In this document: positions 10,259 through 20,437 of the stretch, in pieces | How the letters are laid out: each line of letters opens with the position of its first letter | Numbering within the stretch: the stretch's first letter is position 1 | DNA from: Candidatus Micrarchaeota archaeon | Lineage (GTDB): Archaea > Micrarchaeota > Micrarchaeia > Anstonellales > Bilamarchaeaceae | Direction of reading: 5' to 3' | NCBI GenBank assembly: GCA_032123335.1 | Contig: JAQBFN010000020.1 | Location: 1 to 64,000, forward strand | Length of the DNA stretch: 64,000 nt | The notes under the pieces: generated by a model | What the model saw: the letters and a program-made list of their open reading frames with translations, nothing else | Told to the model about the DNA's origin: nothing | Database searches by the model: none | Made by a program: the position numbers and the translations under genes

Positions 10259-12451
10259 ATGGTCAGGAAAGAAGTTGTAGTGGAAGAAGTACAGAAGATT
10301 ATGGAAAACACGGCTAACGTGAGGAACATCGCAATTATCGCGCACGTTGACCATGGGAAGACTACCCTTACGGACTCTCTTGTTGCCAGGGCAGGCCTCA
10401 TCTCAAAGGAGCTCGCAGGCGAGCAGAGAATGATGGACTTTGATGAGCAGGAGCAGGCACGTGGAATTACAATCAAGTCCGCGAACATCTCGCTCGGGTT
10501 CAAATATGAGGGCCAGGACCACCTCATTAACCTGATTGATACCCCCGGTCACGTAGACTTCGGAGGGCACGTTACCCGTGCACTTCGTGCAGTAGACGGA
10601 GTATGCCTCGTTGTGGATGCAGTTGAGGGAGTTATGCCCCAGACCGAAACCGTGCTGAGGCAGGCGCTCAAAGAGCGCGCAAAACCCATAGTTTTCATCA
10701 ATAAGGTGGACAGGCTCATCAATGAGATGAAGCTTGACCAGGCAGCAATGCAGGAGAAGCTTGTAAAGGTTATTACAGGAATCAACAAAATTCTCCTTGC
10801 AAACTGCCCCGCAGAATTCAAGAAGGAATGGGAAATCAAGATTGAGAATGCGAACATCTCATTCGGTTCCGCATTCCACAAGTGGGCAGTGAGCGCAGCT
10901 TCAATGCAGCGCTTCAACATCACATTCAAGGACATTTACGAAAAGTGCAGGGACGGGGACCACCAGTTCCTGGTGGAGAAATCCCCCCTGGACGATGTGC
11001 TCCTGGAGATGGTAATCAAGAATCTCCCCAGCCCGCTGGTGTCCCAGAAATACAGGATGCCTGCAATCTGGAAAGGGGACCCGGAATCAGAGATGGGAAA
11101 GCAGATGATTCTCTGCGACAAGAGCGGCACGGCAATGGGTGTATGCTTTGGAGTAGTTTATGATGAGCATGCAGGGGAAGTCGGAGTCGTGAGGCTCTTC
11201 GCAGGAAGGCTTGCAAAGGGGGACCCGGTTTACGTATTCTCCAAGAAGAAGTTCTTCAAAGTGCAGCAGGTGGGAATTTACATGGGCCCGGACCGTGTGC
11301 CCGCAGAATTCCTCTGCGCAGGAAACATTGGCTCAATCGTAGGGCTCAAGGACATCTACATCGGCGAAACTTTATCCGGATCTGATGATGTGGAGCCATT
11401 TGAGGATATTAAGCACGTTTCCGAGCCCGTTGTTACAAAATCCATTGAGGCAAAGGAGTCCAAGGATCTTGCGAAGCTCATTGAGGCCCTCAGGGGGCTT
11501 TCAAAGGAAGACCCAACCCTCAGGGTTACAATCAACCAGGAAACAGGGGAACACCTCATCTCAGGAATGGGTGAGCTCCATCTGGAAATCATTGAGTACA
11601 AGATTTCCAAGGAGAAGGGAATCAACATCATTACTTCGCCCCCGATTGTAGTTTACAGGGAAACAATTACCAATAAATCCGGTGTCGTGGAGGGCAAATC
11701 CCCGAACAAGCACAACAAGTTCAAGATGTACGTGGAGCCCCTTGACCCGAAAATCATGGAAGCAATTGACCTCGGAACGATTCCGCAGGGCAAGCCCAAG
11801 GGCAAGGAGCACATCCAGGCACTTGTTGACCTTGATATGCCTCGTGATGAAGCCAAAGGAATCTGGGACATCAAGGGCAGCAACATGTTCGTTGATGTTA
11901 CCAAGGGTGTCCAATATCTGAACGAAGTGCAGGAACTCGTGATTGAGGCATTTGAGGAGGCCATGACCAAGGGCCCGCTTGCACAAGAAACTGTAACTGG
12001 AGTGAAGGTAACGCTTGTGGATGTGGCCCTGCACGAAGATAATGTGCACAGGGGGCCTGCACAGGTAATCCCTGCAGTGAAGAGGCCGATTTACGCATGC
12101 ATGATTAATGCTGGAGTTTCTTTGATGGAGCCGAAGCAGAAGGTCCTGATTACCACCCCACAGGAATACGGAGGGGATGTAATCAACATGACCAACGGAA
12201 GGCGTGGGGTTCTGCTTAACATGGAACAGGAGGGTGAGACCTCAGTAGTGCATAGTATTCTGCCTGTTGCTGAGCTCTTCGGGTTCTCCAACGCAATCCG
12301 AGGCTCCACACAAGGCCGCGCAACCTGGTACCAGGAATACTATGGGTATGAAAATGTGCCCAAGGACCTGGTTCCTAAGATTGTGAGGCACATCCGTGAG
12401 AGGAAAGGCCTCCAGCCCGAGCCGCCTACAGTCCAGACCTTCCTGGAATAG
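10259..12451 (+). CDS. fusA: Elongation factor EF-2
   Basis: AHVDHGKTT, DTPGHVDF, NKVD; diphthamide-site HRGPAQ retained. Confidence 0.98.
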   Translation: MVRKEVVVEEVQKIMENTANVRNIAIIAHVDHGKTTLTDSLVARAGLISKELAGEQRMMDFDEQEQARGITIKSANISLGFKYEGQDHLINLIDTPGHVDFGGHVTRALRAVDGVCLVVDAVEGVMPQTETVLRQALKERAKPIVFINKVDRLINEMKLDQAAMQEKLVKVITGINKILLANCPAEFKKEWEIKIENANISFGSAFHKWAVSAASMQRFNITFKDIYEKCRDGDHQFLVEKSPLDDVLLEMVIKNLPSPLVSQKYRMPAIWKGDPESEMGKQMILCDKSGTAMGVCFGVVYDEHAGEVGVVRLFAGRLAKGDPVYVFSKKKFFKVQQVGIYMGPDRVPAEFLCAGNIGSIVGLKDIYIGETLSGSDDVEPFEDIKHVSEPVVTKSIEAKESKDLAKLIEALRGLSKEDPTLRVTINQETGEHLISGMGELHLEIIEYKISKEKGINIITSPPIVVYRETITNKSGVVEGKSPNKHNKFKMYVEPLDPKIMEAIDLGTIPQGKPKGKEHIQALVDLDMPRDEAKGIWDIKGSNMFVDVTKGVQYLNEVQELVIEAFEEAMTKGPLAQETVTGVKVTLVDVALHEDNVHRGPAQVIPAVKRPIYACMINAGVSLMEPKQKVLITTPQEYGGDVINMTNGRRGVLLNMEQEGETSVVHSILPVAELFGFSNAIRGSTQGRATWYQEYYGYENVPKDLVPKIVRHIRERKGLQPEPPTVQTFLE

Positions 12452-12492
12452 TTCTTTTCTTTTTTCCTTTTTCTTATCTTATTTCTGTTTTT
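12452..12492 (+). terminator. T-rich terminator after EF-2
   Basis: Long oligo-T tracts directly after the stop codon. Confidence 0.6.
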
Positions 12493-12526
12493 ACTAGGGT
12501 GTATGTAACCATGGTTACATAGCACT

Positions 12527-13309
12527 TCAAACAGCCCTAGCAAGTATACCTTGCAGGCGGGCTTTCTTCTTCAGAACTTTCCACCCACACTCCTCCAGCC
12601 TATTAGCAACTTCCCCCATAATATCCCGCTTCTTTTTCCCCATGCTCCCCACATAATGGAAAAGCAAAGCATCCTTTTTGCAAATCCTCCTAAGCTCCCT
12701 ATAGAGTTCCCGCGAATACAATTCCCCAGCTTTACTAAACCTGGGAGGATCATGAATTACTTTTGTAAATTTCTCATCCTCCGCCCCCCTAATATAATCA
12801 AAACAGCTCTTCTCCCCAACAACCTCAATCCTTTTTCTCTCGAAAAGCTCCCTGCTCCACGGATTCCACTTCGCCATTGCAATCACCGCAGGCGAAAGCT
12901 CAACCGTAACAACCTTATCCGCTTTTTTGCTTGCAGCAATTGCAGTGTACCCCAACCCCATGCAGGTATCCAGCACAACATCGCTCTGCACAAGCCTCAG
13001 TTCTCTCACAACCAATTTAGAATAATCAAATATATCTTCAAACTCTTTCACCAGATGCATCCTGAGCCCATCAATTTCCAGTATCGGCTTTCCTTTCATC
13101 ATCCGCAGCCTATACAATCCATTATCAAAAACAGCAACCTTCCAAAGCTCCTTCCCATTCCATGCATAAACAAAATCCCCCTTTACTTCCTCCAGCGGAG
13201 CCCCCTCAAGCTCATCAGTAACCTCAATCGTGCTCCTCCCCAAATCCAGGGAAAGCTTCCGCTTCCCATCCAGATATTTCTCAACAAGCTCCTTCGTTAA
13301 ATAAATCAT
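12527..13309 (-). CDS. SAM-dependent methyltransferase (archaeal COG2521-like)
   Basis: LEIDGLRMH, VLDTCMGLGYTA, IHDPPRFSKAGELYS. Confidence 0.85.
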   Translation of the reverse strand: MIYLTKELVEKYLDGKRKLSLDLGRSTIEVTDELEGAPLEEVKGDFVYAWNGKELWKVAVFDNGLYRLRMMKGKPILEIDGLRMHLVKEFEDIFDYSKLVVRELRLVQSDVVLDTCMGLGYTAIAASKKADKVVTVELSPAVIAMAKWNPWSRELFERKRIEVVGEKSCFDYIRGAEDEKFTKVIHDPPRFSKAGELYSRELYRELRRICKKDALLFHYVGSMGKKKRDIMGEVANRLEECGWKVLKKKARLQGILARAV

Positions 13310-13361
13310 TTAATCTCAATCCTCCCGAACCGCGGAGGGGGACACCCCCTCCCCAGATTTT

Positions 13362-14645
13362 TCATTTTATATCAATCCAGTCTGTTTCCATGTAGCCCTG
13401 GAGCGCCTTTGGCACCCTAATTCCCTTATCTTCCTGGTGATTTTCCACCAGAGAAATAAAGCACCTCCCCACAGCCACACCGCTTCCATTCAAGGTATGC
13501 ACAAACTCATTCTTTCCCTCCCTCCTGAACTTGATATTTGCCCTTCTCGCCTGGAACCCCTCGCAATTCGAGCAGGAGCTAATCTCCCTGTACTTGTCCT
13601 GGCTCGGAATCCACACCTCCAAATCATATGTTTTAGTGGCCCCAAAGCCCAAATCCCCGGTGCACAGCTCAATAACCCTATAAGGCAACTCAAGCCCCTG
13701 CAGAACCTTTTCCGCATCTACAGTAAGCGATTCAAGCTCCTTGTAGCTCTCCTCCGGTTTTGCAAACTTAACCAGTTCCACTTTCCCAAACTGGTGCTGC
13801 CTCATCAGCCCTTTAATATCCCTTCCATATTCTCCCGCTTCCCTCCTGAAACACTGCGTAAATGCACAATACTTAAGCGGAAGCTTCTCCTCCCCCAAAA
13901 CCTCATCCCTGTGCACGTTCACAAGCGGAACCTCCGCAGTCGGAATCATCCACAGCTGGTTCTGGATTTCCGCTTCCTCGGTCTGGTACAAATCCGTCCT
14001 GAATTTCGGGAGCTGCCCCGTTCCCACAAGGCACTCCTCCTTAACCATGTACGGAAGCCCAAACTCCGTATACCCGGCGCTCTCCGCCATCTTAAGCATA
14101 TACTGCGCAAGCGTCCTCTCCAGCTTTGCAGCCCATCCCTTCATTATCGTAAACCTGTGCCCCCCAAGCTTGGCCCCCCTCTCAAAATCAATCGCCCCCG
14201 TACGCGCCCCAAGCTCATAGTGCGGTTCCACATCCCCACTCTTCTTTGAAGGCTTTCCCCACTTCCTCAGTTCCACATTCCCACTCTCATCCTTCCCCTC
14301 CGGAACACTATCATGCGGGATATTCGGAATAGTAAGCATCAACGCATTTCTTTTCTCCTCAAATTTTTTCTCCGCCTCCCCGATTTTCTCAAGCTTTTTC
14401 GCAATCTTCTCCCCCTTCTCCAGCAGTTCTGAAGCATCATCCCCCTTCTTTTTCGCTTCCGCTATCTGTGGCCCCAGTTTGTTCCGCTCAGCCCGAAGCT
14501 CGTCCGCCTCCCCCTTCTCATTTCTCCACTCCTCATCCAGCTTTACCATCTTCTCCAAAATCCCCCCATCTTCCCCCCTGAGTGCAAGAGCCTTCTCCAC
14601 TTTTTCCGGCTCCTTCCTGAGCAATTCTGTGTCAATCATGAACAT
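13362..14645 (-). CDS. serS: Seryl-tRNA synthetase
   Basis: N-terminal coiled coil, PTAEVP, FRREAG, EISSCSNC, HTLNGSG. Confidence 0.97.
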   Translation of the reverse strand: MFMIDTELLRKEPEKVEKALALRGEDGGILEKMVKLDEEWRNEKGEADELRAERNKLGPQIAEAKKKGDDASELLEKGEKIAKKLEKIGEAEKKFEEKRNALMLTIPNIPHDSVPEGKDESGNVELRKWGKPSKKSGDVEPHYELGARTGAIDFERGAKLGGHRFTIMKGWAAKLERTLAQYMLKMAESAGYTEFGLPYMVKEECLVGTGQLPKFRTDLYQTEEAEIQNQLWMIPTAEVPLVNVHRDEVLGEEKLPLKYCAFTQCFRREAGEYGRDIKGLMRQHQFGKVELVKFAKPEESYKELESLTVDAEKVLQGLELPYRVIELCTGDLGFGATKTYDLEVWIPSQDKYREISSCSNCEGFQARRANIKFRREGKNEFVHTLNGSGVAVGRCFISLVENHQEDKGIRVPKALQGYMETDWIDIK

Positions 14646-14789
14646 TACCTCTCAATATCTCTATTCAGAAATCTTTAAATCCCCAGTGGCGTATTGGAGC
14701 ACTTCCATAACCCCACTGCAGCACGTACTCCAAAACGCCAACATCACGCTTTTAATATATTTCCATAAATAGAATTTCCTGCTTAATCA

Positions 14790-14864
14790 GCTCCTGTAGT
14801 CTAGCCCGGTCAAGGACTCCGGACTCTCACTCCGGTAGCCCGGGTTCGAATCCCGGCGGGAGCA
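14790..14864 (+). tRNA. tRNA-Glu(CTC)
   Basis: Cloverleaf GCTCCTG/CGGGAGC, anticodon arm CCGGA-CTCTCAC-TCCGG, TTCGAAT loop; CCA not encoded. Confidence 0.95.
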
Positions 14865-14899
14865 CTTCAATTTTTATAATCATTATTCGTTTCTAAGCT

Positions 14900-15595
14900 A
14901 TGCCTTCTGCAAAAGAAATCCTTTCCAAACTCAAAAAACTCGAAAACAAAAAGAACAAAGAAGGAATGGCCCGCTACGGAATAAACACAGAAAATGCATA
15001 TGGAATTTCCCTCCCAATTCTCAGGAAAATAGCCAAAGACCTCAAGACAGACCACAAACTCTCAATTGAACTCTGGAAAACCAAGAACCATGAAGCAAGG
15101 ATGCTCGCCTGCTTTATAGGCGACCCAAAGCAAGTTACTGAATCCCAGATGGAATCATGGGTTAAGGATTTCAACTCATGGGATATCTGCGACCAGTGCT
15201 GCAGCAACCTTTTCGACCGTACTCCATATGCCTACAAAAAAGCAGCAGAATGGGCAAAAAGAAAAGAGGAATTTGTAAAGCGTGCAGGGTTTGTTTTAAT
15301 GGCCGCCCTCTCAGTTCACGACAAGAAAGCTCTGGATTCCAAATTCACCAAATTCTTTCCCCTGATAAAAAAACATTCCACCGACGAAAGAAACTACGTA
15401 AAAAAAGCAGTGAACTGGACCCTCCGCCAAATCGGAAAGCGCAATCTCCCCCTAAACAAAAAAGCAATCCAACTGGTAAAAGAAATAAAGAAAATCGATT
15501 CAAAATCCGCAAGATGGATCGCTTCCGATGCGCTAAGGGAGCTCGAAAGCCCCAAAGTACAGCAAAGGCTAAAAAAGGCAAAACCCAAAAAGTGA
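14900..15595 (+). CDS. DNA alkylation repair protein (AlkD-like)
   Basis: HEARMLA, FNSWDICDQ, DERNYVKKAVNWTLRQIGKR. Confidence 0.88.
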   Translation: MPSAKEILSKLKKLENKKNKEGMARYGINTENAYGISLPILRKIAKDLKTDHKLSIELWKTKNHEARMLACFIGDPKQVTESQMESWVKDFNSWDICDQCCSNLFDRTPYAYKKAAEWAKRKEEFVKRAGFVLMAALSVHDKKALDSKFTKFFPLIKKHSTDERNYVKKAVNWTLRQIGKRNLPLNKKAIQLVKEIKKIDSKSARWIASDALRELESPKVQQRLKKAKPKK

Positions 15596-15599
15596 AACC

Positions 15600-15917
15600 A
15601 TGCTCAAATATGCATTCTTCGCCCTATTGCTCTTTTCCCTCTCTTTCAGCGTAGTAGGCGCTCAGTGCCACGACTTCGAGCAGTACTGCAAAAAGGAATC
15701 CTGCACCAGGGCCGGCGGGCAAATAAATGAATACAACACCTGCTCAAAACCAGAAGGATTCAATGAAGAAATATACAAGGAAGAACTGGACAACTGCGCG
15801 TTCAATTACGATTACTGCGTAGAAAACGATGGAGTAGTACGGAACATGTCCTGCTGTGGCCCAGTATTCATTTTCCTGTTTGCGCTACTGGTCCTCTATG
15901 CGGATGGTACTCGATAA
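15600..15917 (+). CDS. Small secreted Cys-rich protein with CCGP + transmembrane tail
   Basis: Signal peptide, several Cys, terminal SCCGPVFIFLFALLVL. Confidence 0.7.
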   Translation: MLKYAFFALLLFSLSFSVVGAQCHDFEQYCKKESCTRAGGQINEYNTCSKPEGFNEEIYKEELDNCAFNYDYCVENDGVVRNMSCCGPVFIFLFALLVLYADGTR

Positions 15918-17049
15918 TAGTCTTCTTTTTCCCATCAAAATCATCCATTATCTTTTTTCCCAGCACCACAAATCCTGAGAGAAGCACTGCAGAAAACACA
16001 AACATTGCTTCCGTCCCAAACGCTTCAAGTGCAAAACCCGCACCTGCAAATACCACGAAAGCCCCAAGATTAGTAGGTGCAATAAGCGTTGCAATCCTCG
16101 CTGAAACCCCCCGTTTCCCAGCTTCCACAAGGTACCCAATCATACCCTCATTCAGCCCAAAGCAAACCCCGAACCCAAACCCTGCCAGCATAAGCACCGC
16201 GCTGAAGTACTGCCCTGCAAAAGGAAGCATAACAATCATTGGAATCGCCATAAGCTGGAAGAACAGCAGCCTGCCCTCATCCATTTTCATCCTTACGCTC
16301 AGTAAACTCCCCATCCCCATGGACAGGTAGAATGCAGTAAGCATAATCGCAATCTCAAGGTAGCTCATTCCCATGTCAATGTCCATCATTACCGGAAGCA
16401 GGAAAGTGAACAGCAGCATAAACGAAACATTCACAAGCACAACTGCAGCAGACACATGCCAGAAATCCAGGTGCCTCTTTTGTATATTGAACAGGCTCCT
16501 CCAATCCGGCTTTTCCATATTCGCTCCCCTATTCACAAGAGTAAGCGAAATCACTATCCCCACAAGCCCAATCGCAATAAGGACCGCAAAAACCATCTCG
16601 AACGAAAAATAAGCTATAATCAGCCCTGCCCCAATCAGCCCCATCGCAGCCCCAAAAGATCTCAAAACCCCCATCAATGTCAGGTACTTTTTCTCATGCG
16701 CCCTCGCCATTATCGCAGTACGGTCCACTGCCCAGAAAAATGCATCCGTAGCACCCTCACTTATTTTCCCAAGCCCAAACATCAAAGGTGTTTTCGCAAA
16801 CAGCAGAATCACATTAGTTATCGTATGGAAAACAGTATTTGCAATAAAGAATGGCTTCACCCCCTTCACATCCGCAAACACAGAAGAAATAGTCCTCACA
16901 ATCAGGAACGCAAGCGGAAGCAAAGAAAGAATCAGCCCAATCTCCCCAACATCTATCCCCCGGCTGATAAGGTAAAGCGGAAGCGTAACCGTAAGCGCCC
17001 CATACTTAAATTGCTGGATGAAGTTGAGAGTGCCTATCTTCCTGAGCAT
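15868..17049 (-). CDS. MFS transporter
   Basis: About 12 hydrophobic segments, motif-A-like FADVKGVK. Confidence 0.8.
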   Translation of the reverse strand: MLRKIGTLNFIQQFKYGALTVTLPLYLISRGIDVGEIGLILSLLPLAFLIVRTISSVFADVKGVKPFFIANTVFHTITNVILLFAKTPLMFGLGKISEGATDAFFWAVDRTAIMARAHEKKYLTLMGVLRSFGAAMGLIGAGLIIAYFSFEMVFAVLIAIGLVGIVISLTLVNRGANMEKPDWRSLFNIQKRHLDFWHVSAAVVLVNVSFMLLFTFLLPVMMDIDMGMSYLEIAIMLTAFYLSMGMGSLLSVRMKMDEGRLLFFQLMAIPMIVMLPFAGQYFSAVLMLAGFGFGVCFGLNEGMIGYLVEAGKRGVSARIATLIAPTNLGAFVVFAGAGFALEAFGTEAMFVFSAVLLSGFVVLGKKIMDDFDGKKKTIIEYHPHRGPVAQTGK

Positions 17050-17118
17050 GTTCTTTCTTCCCCTTCTCCTTTCACTATTCCCTTAACCTTTTAATTTAAT
17101 TCCCCCACTTCTCTCCCT

Positions 17119-17760
17119 ATGCTCGATGAACAGCTCAGGGAACAGGTAAGGAAAAAACTCTCTTCCGAAATGAAGGGAAACGTAAAGCTTATACTTTTTG
17201 GTGAAGGCAACGACTGCACTTACTGCCTTGAATACAAAGAACTCGTAGAAGAACTCGCATCCCTAAGCGAAAAACTCTCATCAGAAGTCCATCCCTTTTC
17301 TTCCCCGGAGCGCGAAAAATACGGCGTAGACATCGCCCCCTCTTTAGTAGTTTATTCCGAAGAGCACGATACAAGCGCAATCTTTTGCGGACCCCCCGGC
17401 TCCCATTTTTTCATAATCCTGCTCGAAGACATACTCGATGCCTCCCGCGGTTCCCCCGATATCTCCAAAGAAGTAATTGAAAAAGCAAAAGCCATAGATT
17501 TCCCCGTAAAAATCCGGGTGTTCGCTTCCCAGACCTGCCCCCACTGCCCCCCCGCAGTAAAAGCGGCGCACGATTTTTCCCTCATCAACCCAAAAATAAA
17601 AGCCCAGATGGTCAACAGCTCCTTTTTCCCTGCACTCTGCCAAAAATACCGCGTAATGGGAGTCCCCAAAACAGTAATCAATGATAGGATCGAATTCACG
17701 GGTGCGCAGCCCCCAAGCGAGCTCCTGAAACACATCCTCAGGCTTAAGGAAAATCCCTGA
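17119..17760 (+). CDS. Protein disulfide oxidoreductase (two thioredoxin folds)
   Basis: CTYC and CPHC motifs, VMGVPKTVIND. Confidence 0.9.
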   Translation: MLDEQLREQVRKKLSSEMKGNVKLILFGEGNDCTYCLEYKELVEELASLSEKLSSEVHPFSSPEREKYGVDIAPSLVVYSEEHDTSAIFCGPPGSHFFIILLEDILDASRGSPDISKEVIEKAKAIDFPVKIRVFASQTCPHCPPAVKAAHDFSLINPKIKAQMVNSSFFPALCQKYRVMGVPKTVINDRIEFTGAQPPSELLKHILRLKENP

Positions 17761-17803
17761 CATGGGAAACCCTTAAATACCTATTATCACCGAATAAACA
17801 CGT

Positions 17804-19219
17804 ATGAATTTTGAGAGTACTGCAGAAGTGCCAATTCCCCAAGACCCCTTAGAAAGGGTGATAGGCCAGGAAGAAGCAGTAAAAATCTCTCGCATAGTCT
17901 CAACTCAGAAGCGCCATCTCCTGATGGTAGGCGCCCCCGGTACAGGGAAAAGCATGATTGCGCGCACTATCGCCAACCTTTTTCATTCCCCACAGCAGGA
18001 ACTCTCAGTTTTGCACAATATGGAACGCCCCGAGCGCCCGATACTTGCGGTGCGCACAAGGGAAATGCTCGAAAGGGAAAAAGGCGAAAAGGAAAAGGAA
18101 TGGGGCGAGGTTCTCCATCCTGCAGAAGTTCCCTCATTTGTTTCTGAAAGGCTGGGGTTCCGCTGCAGGAGGTGCGGAGACCTTTCCATCTCCCGTGCCC
18201 TCTATTGCCAGTCCTGCGGAGCTGACAAGCATCCCAACAAGGACTCCCCCTTTGGAGACCTACTCCCAAACTCTGAACAGCGCGATGGCCGCGTCCACGC
18301 AGTCCGCATAGATGAAGAGGGGGAAGAGGAGCCGGTAATCTACGAAAAAACCGAAGATGACCGCATCCGCAAGCTTACCTATACTGAGCTCAAGAAGCGC
18401 AGCGTTTCAAGCGCAAAGAAGCTCCGCAAGGTAATCGTTCCGCTCAACCGCCCCACATTTGTCCAGGTGGTTGGAAACAACGAAACCGAACTCCTCGGTG
18501 ATGTTCGCCATGACCCATATGGGAGCCACCCTGAAATCGGGACTCCCCCTTACCTCCGCGTAACCGCGGGCGCAATCCACGAAGCCCACGAAGGCGTCCT
18601 TTACGTGGATGAGATGACCACGCTTGGGGAAGCCCAGAAATATCTCCTCACCGCAATGCAGGAAAAAAAATTCCTGATCACCGGACGAAATCCCTCCAGC
18701 GCAGGCTCCACGGTTCGCGTTGAATCCGTTCCCTGCGACTTCATACTCGTAGGCGCAATGAACATCAATGACCTTCCTTCCCTTTCACCCGCACTCCGCT
18801 CAAGAATCCGCGGAAGCGGCTACGAAATTGTCCTCAACACAAACATGGAAGACACTAACTACAACCAGGAAAAAATGTCCCAGTTTGTTGCCCAGGAAAT
18901 CCAGATGGATGGCCGCATCCCCCACGCCACCGCAGAAGCAGTGGAAAAAGTACTGGAGGAATCCCGCAAGATTTGCAGGATCACGGACAACAAATCCGGC
19001 CTCACGCTCCGCCTCCGCATCCTTAGCGGAATCATAAAGCTCGCAGGCGACTTCGCCTCCATAGAAAATTCCAAATTCATAGAGTCGGCCCACATGACCC
19101 AGGCAATAAAGCAGGCCAAATCCGCAGAGGAGCAACTTGAAGAAAAATACGGAAACATCTGGAGCGCAGGCATGGCTGATTACGGTGCCCGCCTCAAAAA
19201 AGGCTCAGAAATCGCCTAA
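17804..19219 (+). CDS. LonB-type AAA+ ATPase lacking protease domain
   Basis: VIGQEEA, GAPGTGKS, LLGDVRHDP, AHEGVLYVDE, PALRSRIRG; CxxC-CxxC insert; ends at 471 aa. Confidence 0.85.
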   Translation: MNFESTAEVPIPQDPLERVIGQEEAVKISRIVSTQKRHLLMVGAPGTGKSMIARTIANLFHSPQQELSVLHNMERPERPILAVRTREMLEREKGEKEKEWGEVLHPAEVPSFVSERLGFRCRRCGDLSISRALYCQSCGADKHPNKDSPFGDLLPNSEQRDGRVHAVRIDEEGEEEPVIYEKTEDDRIRKLTYTELKKRSVSSAKKLRKVIVPLNRPTFVQVVGNNETELLGDVRHDPYGSHPEIGTPPYLRVTAGAIHEAHEGVLYVDEMTTLGEAQKYLLTAMQEKKFLITGRNPSSAGSTVRVESVPCDFILVGAMNINDLPSLSPALRSRIRGSGYEIVLNTNMEDTNYNQEKMSQFVAQEIQMDGRIPHATAEAVEKVLEESRKICRITDNKSGLTLRLRILSGIIKLAGDFASIENSKFIESAHMTQAIKQAKSAEEQLEEKYGNIWSAGMADYGARLKKGSEIA

Positions 19220-19285
19220 TTGTTGCTCTTCGTGTAAATACGAGTATATTTATATCTTTTTATCCCTAAATATATCCTGGTAATC

Positions 19286-19834
19286 ATGGGAAATGAAAAA
19301 GATGATGAAACGCCCAGCAGCCTTGATGATGCATTCGCAGCAATTGCAGGAATGCAATCAGTTTCCCCAGGCCCCTCAATTTTCGAGCAGCCCACAATAA
19401 TGCCTCTCCCTGCAGGGGAGGAAGCAGAAAAACAGCCCGTTGTGTACCTTTCCCTTACCGAGAGGATAAACCTTGAGGAGTCCCTCCTGAAAAACTGCAG
19501 CAGCGAGACAAAGAACTGCGCTGCTGATTCGCTCGTTGAATTTGCAGACTCCGATGAATGCACAATCGTTCATTCAAGAAGGATTTTGGATATCCTTACA
19601 TTCTACAACAAAGAGAATGAAAGCCAGTTTTCTTCGCAGCTCCGCAAAGTAAAGAAATGCTTCGATAATCTGCTTGGCATATCTCATATGGAAACAATAG
19701 AATTCGAAAAAAGGGACACCTGGCCATATGAACCTGAAAGGCGAATCATGCCCCCGCGCGAAGGGAGGCAGGGCCCGAAAAAATCCCCTATGGATACAAC
19801 CCTGAAGATAGGCAAATCTACTTCTAAAAAATAG
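19286..19834 (+). CDS. Hypothetical protein
   Basis: 182-aa ORF with upstream TATA-like sequence. Confidence 0.55.
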   Translation: MGNEKDDETPSSLDDAFAAIAGMQSVSPGPSIFEQPTIMPLPAGEEAEKQPVVYLSLTERINLEESLLKNCSSETKNCAADSLVEFADSDECTIVHSRRILDILTFYNKENESQFSSQLRKVKKCFDNLLGISHMETIEFEKRDTWPYEPERRIMPPREGRQGPKKSPMDTTLKIGKSTSKK

Positions 19835-19933
19835 TTAAGGGCGGAGGGGGAGAGGACAAACAACTGTGTGGGTGGGAGGTGAGCTGCCCTTCTCCGGTCG
19901 CCTCGCGCCTAATACTCTCCGCTTTCGCGGAAA

Positions 19934-20365
19934 TTAGCGCAAGAGGAAGTACATTTTTCTTCCTACTTGTATTTTTTCCAGAACACCCTGCTTCGTTAGC
20001 CTATTCAGCCTCGAGCTCGCTGCATTGCTGCCCTTGTAACCGAATTCTTTCTGAACATCCCGTGCGGTGGACTTGCCTGCCTTGGCAACAAAGTCTACTA
20101 TTTTCTGGTCTATTTCGGAGAGGAACGCGTTTTGGGGAGGTACGCTCGCTTCCTTACCAGCCTCGATCTTATCCAACCGCGCCAGGACATTCTTTAGTAC
20201 TCGGTTCGTGTTTTCCCTTTCTTCCAGGAGCTTGTAGGCTATGGTCGCTAGCACTACCGGGTCCTTGAATTTCTCAAGGTTCTCCCTCAACTCTTCCTCT
20301 ATTTCTTTCTGGAGGTACGGGGACGGCACGCTTTTAAACTTTTCCTTCGATTGTCTCTCGGGCAT
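19934..20365 (-). CDS. Coiled-coil + winged-helix DNA-binding protein
   Basis: C-terminal TARDVQKEFGYKGSNAASSRLNRL...GVLEKIQVGRKMYF wHTH pattern. Confidence 0.75.
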   Translation of the reverse strand: MPERQSKEKFKSVPSPYLQKEIEEELRENLEKFKDPVVLATIAYKLLEERENTNRVLKNVLARLDKIEAGKEASVPPQNAFLSEIDQKIVDFVAKAGKSTARDVQKEFGYKGSNAASSRLNRLTKQGVLEKIQVGRKMYFLLR

Positions 20366-20415
20366 TTTTTACTTGCCTCACTTGGGTGTCTGTTGTTGCG
20401 ACAAACTTGTGCAAC

Positions 20416-20437
20416 TGTCATGACATTATCATGATAA
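20416..20437. promoter_or_regulatory. Tandem palindromic operator TGTCATGACA / TTATCATGATAA
   Basis: Two perfect palindromes abutting the TTATAAA box upstream of the wHTH gene. Confidence 0.65.

Noticed and set aside
1190..12451. Inteins in RNAP subunits or diphthamide-less EF-2
   Set aside because: Lengths are normal, no intein motifs seen, HRG His is retained
12551..14249. Long plus-strand ORFs (249 aa, 270 aa)
   Set aside because: Antisense shadows of the methyltransferase and serS caused by biased codon use
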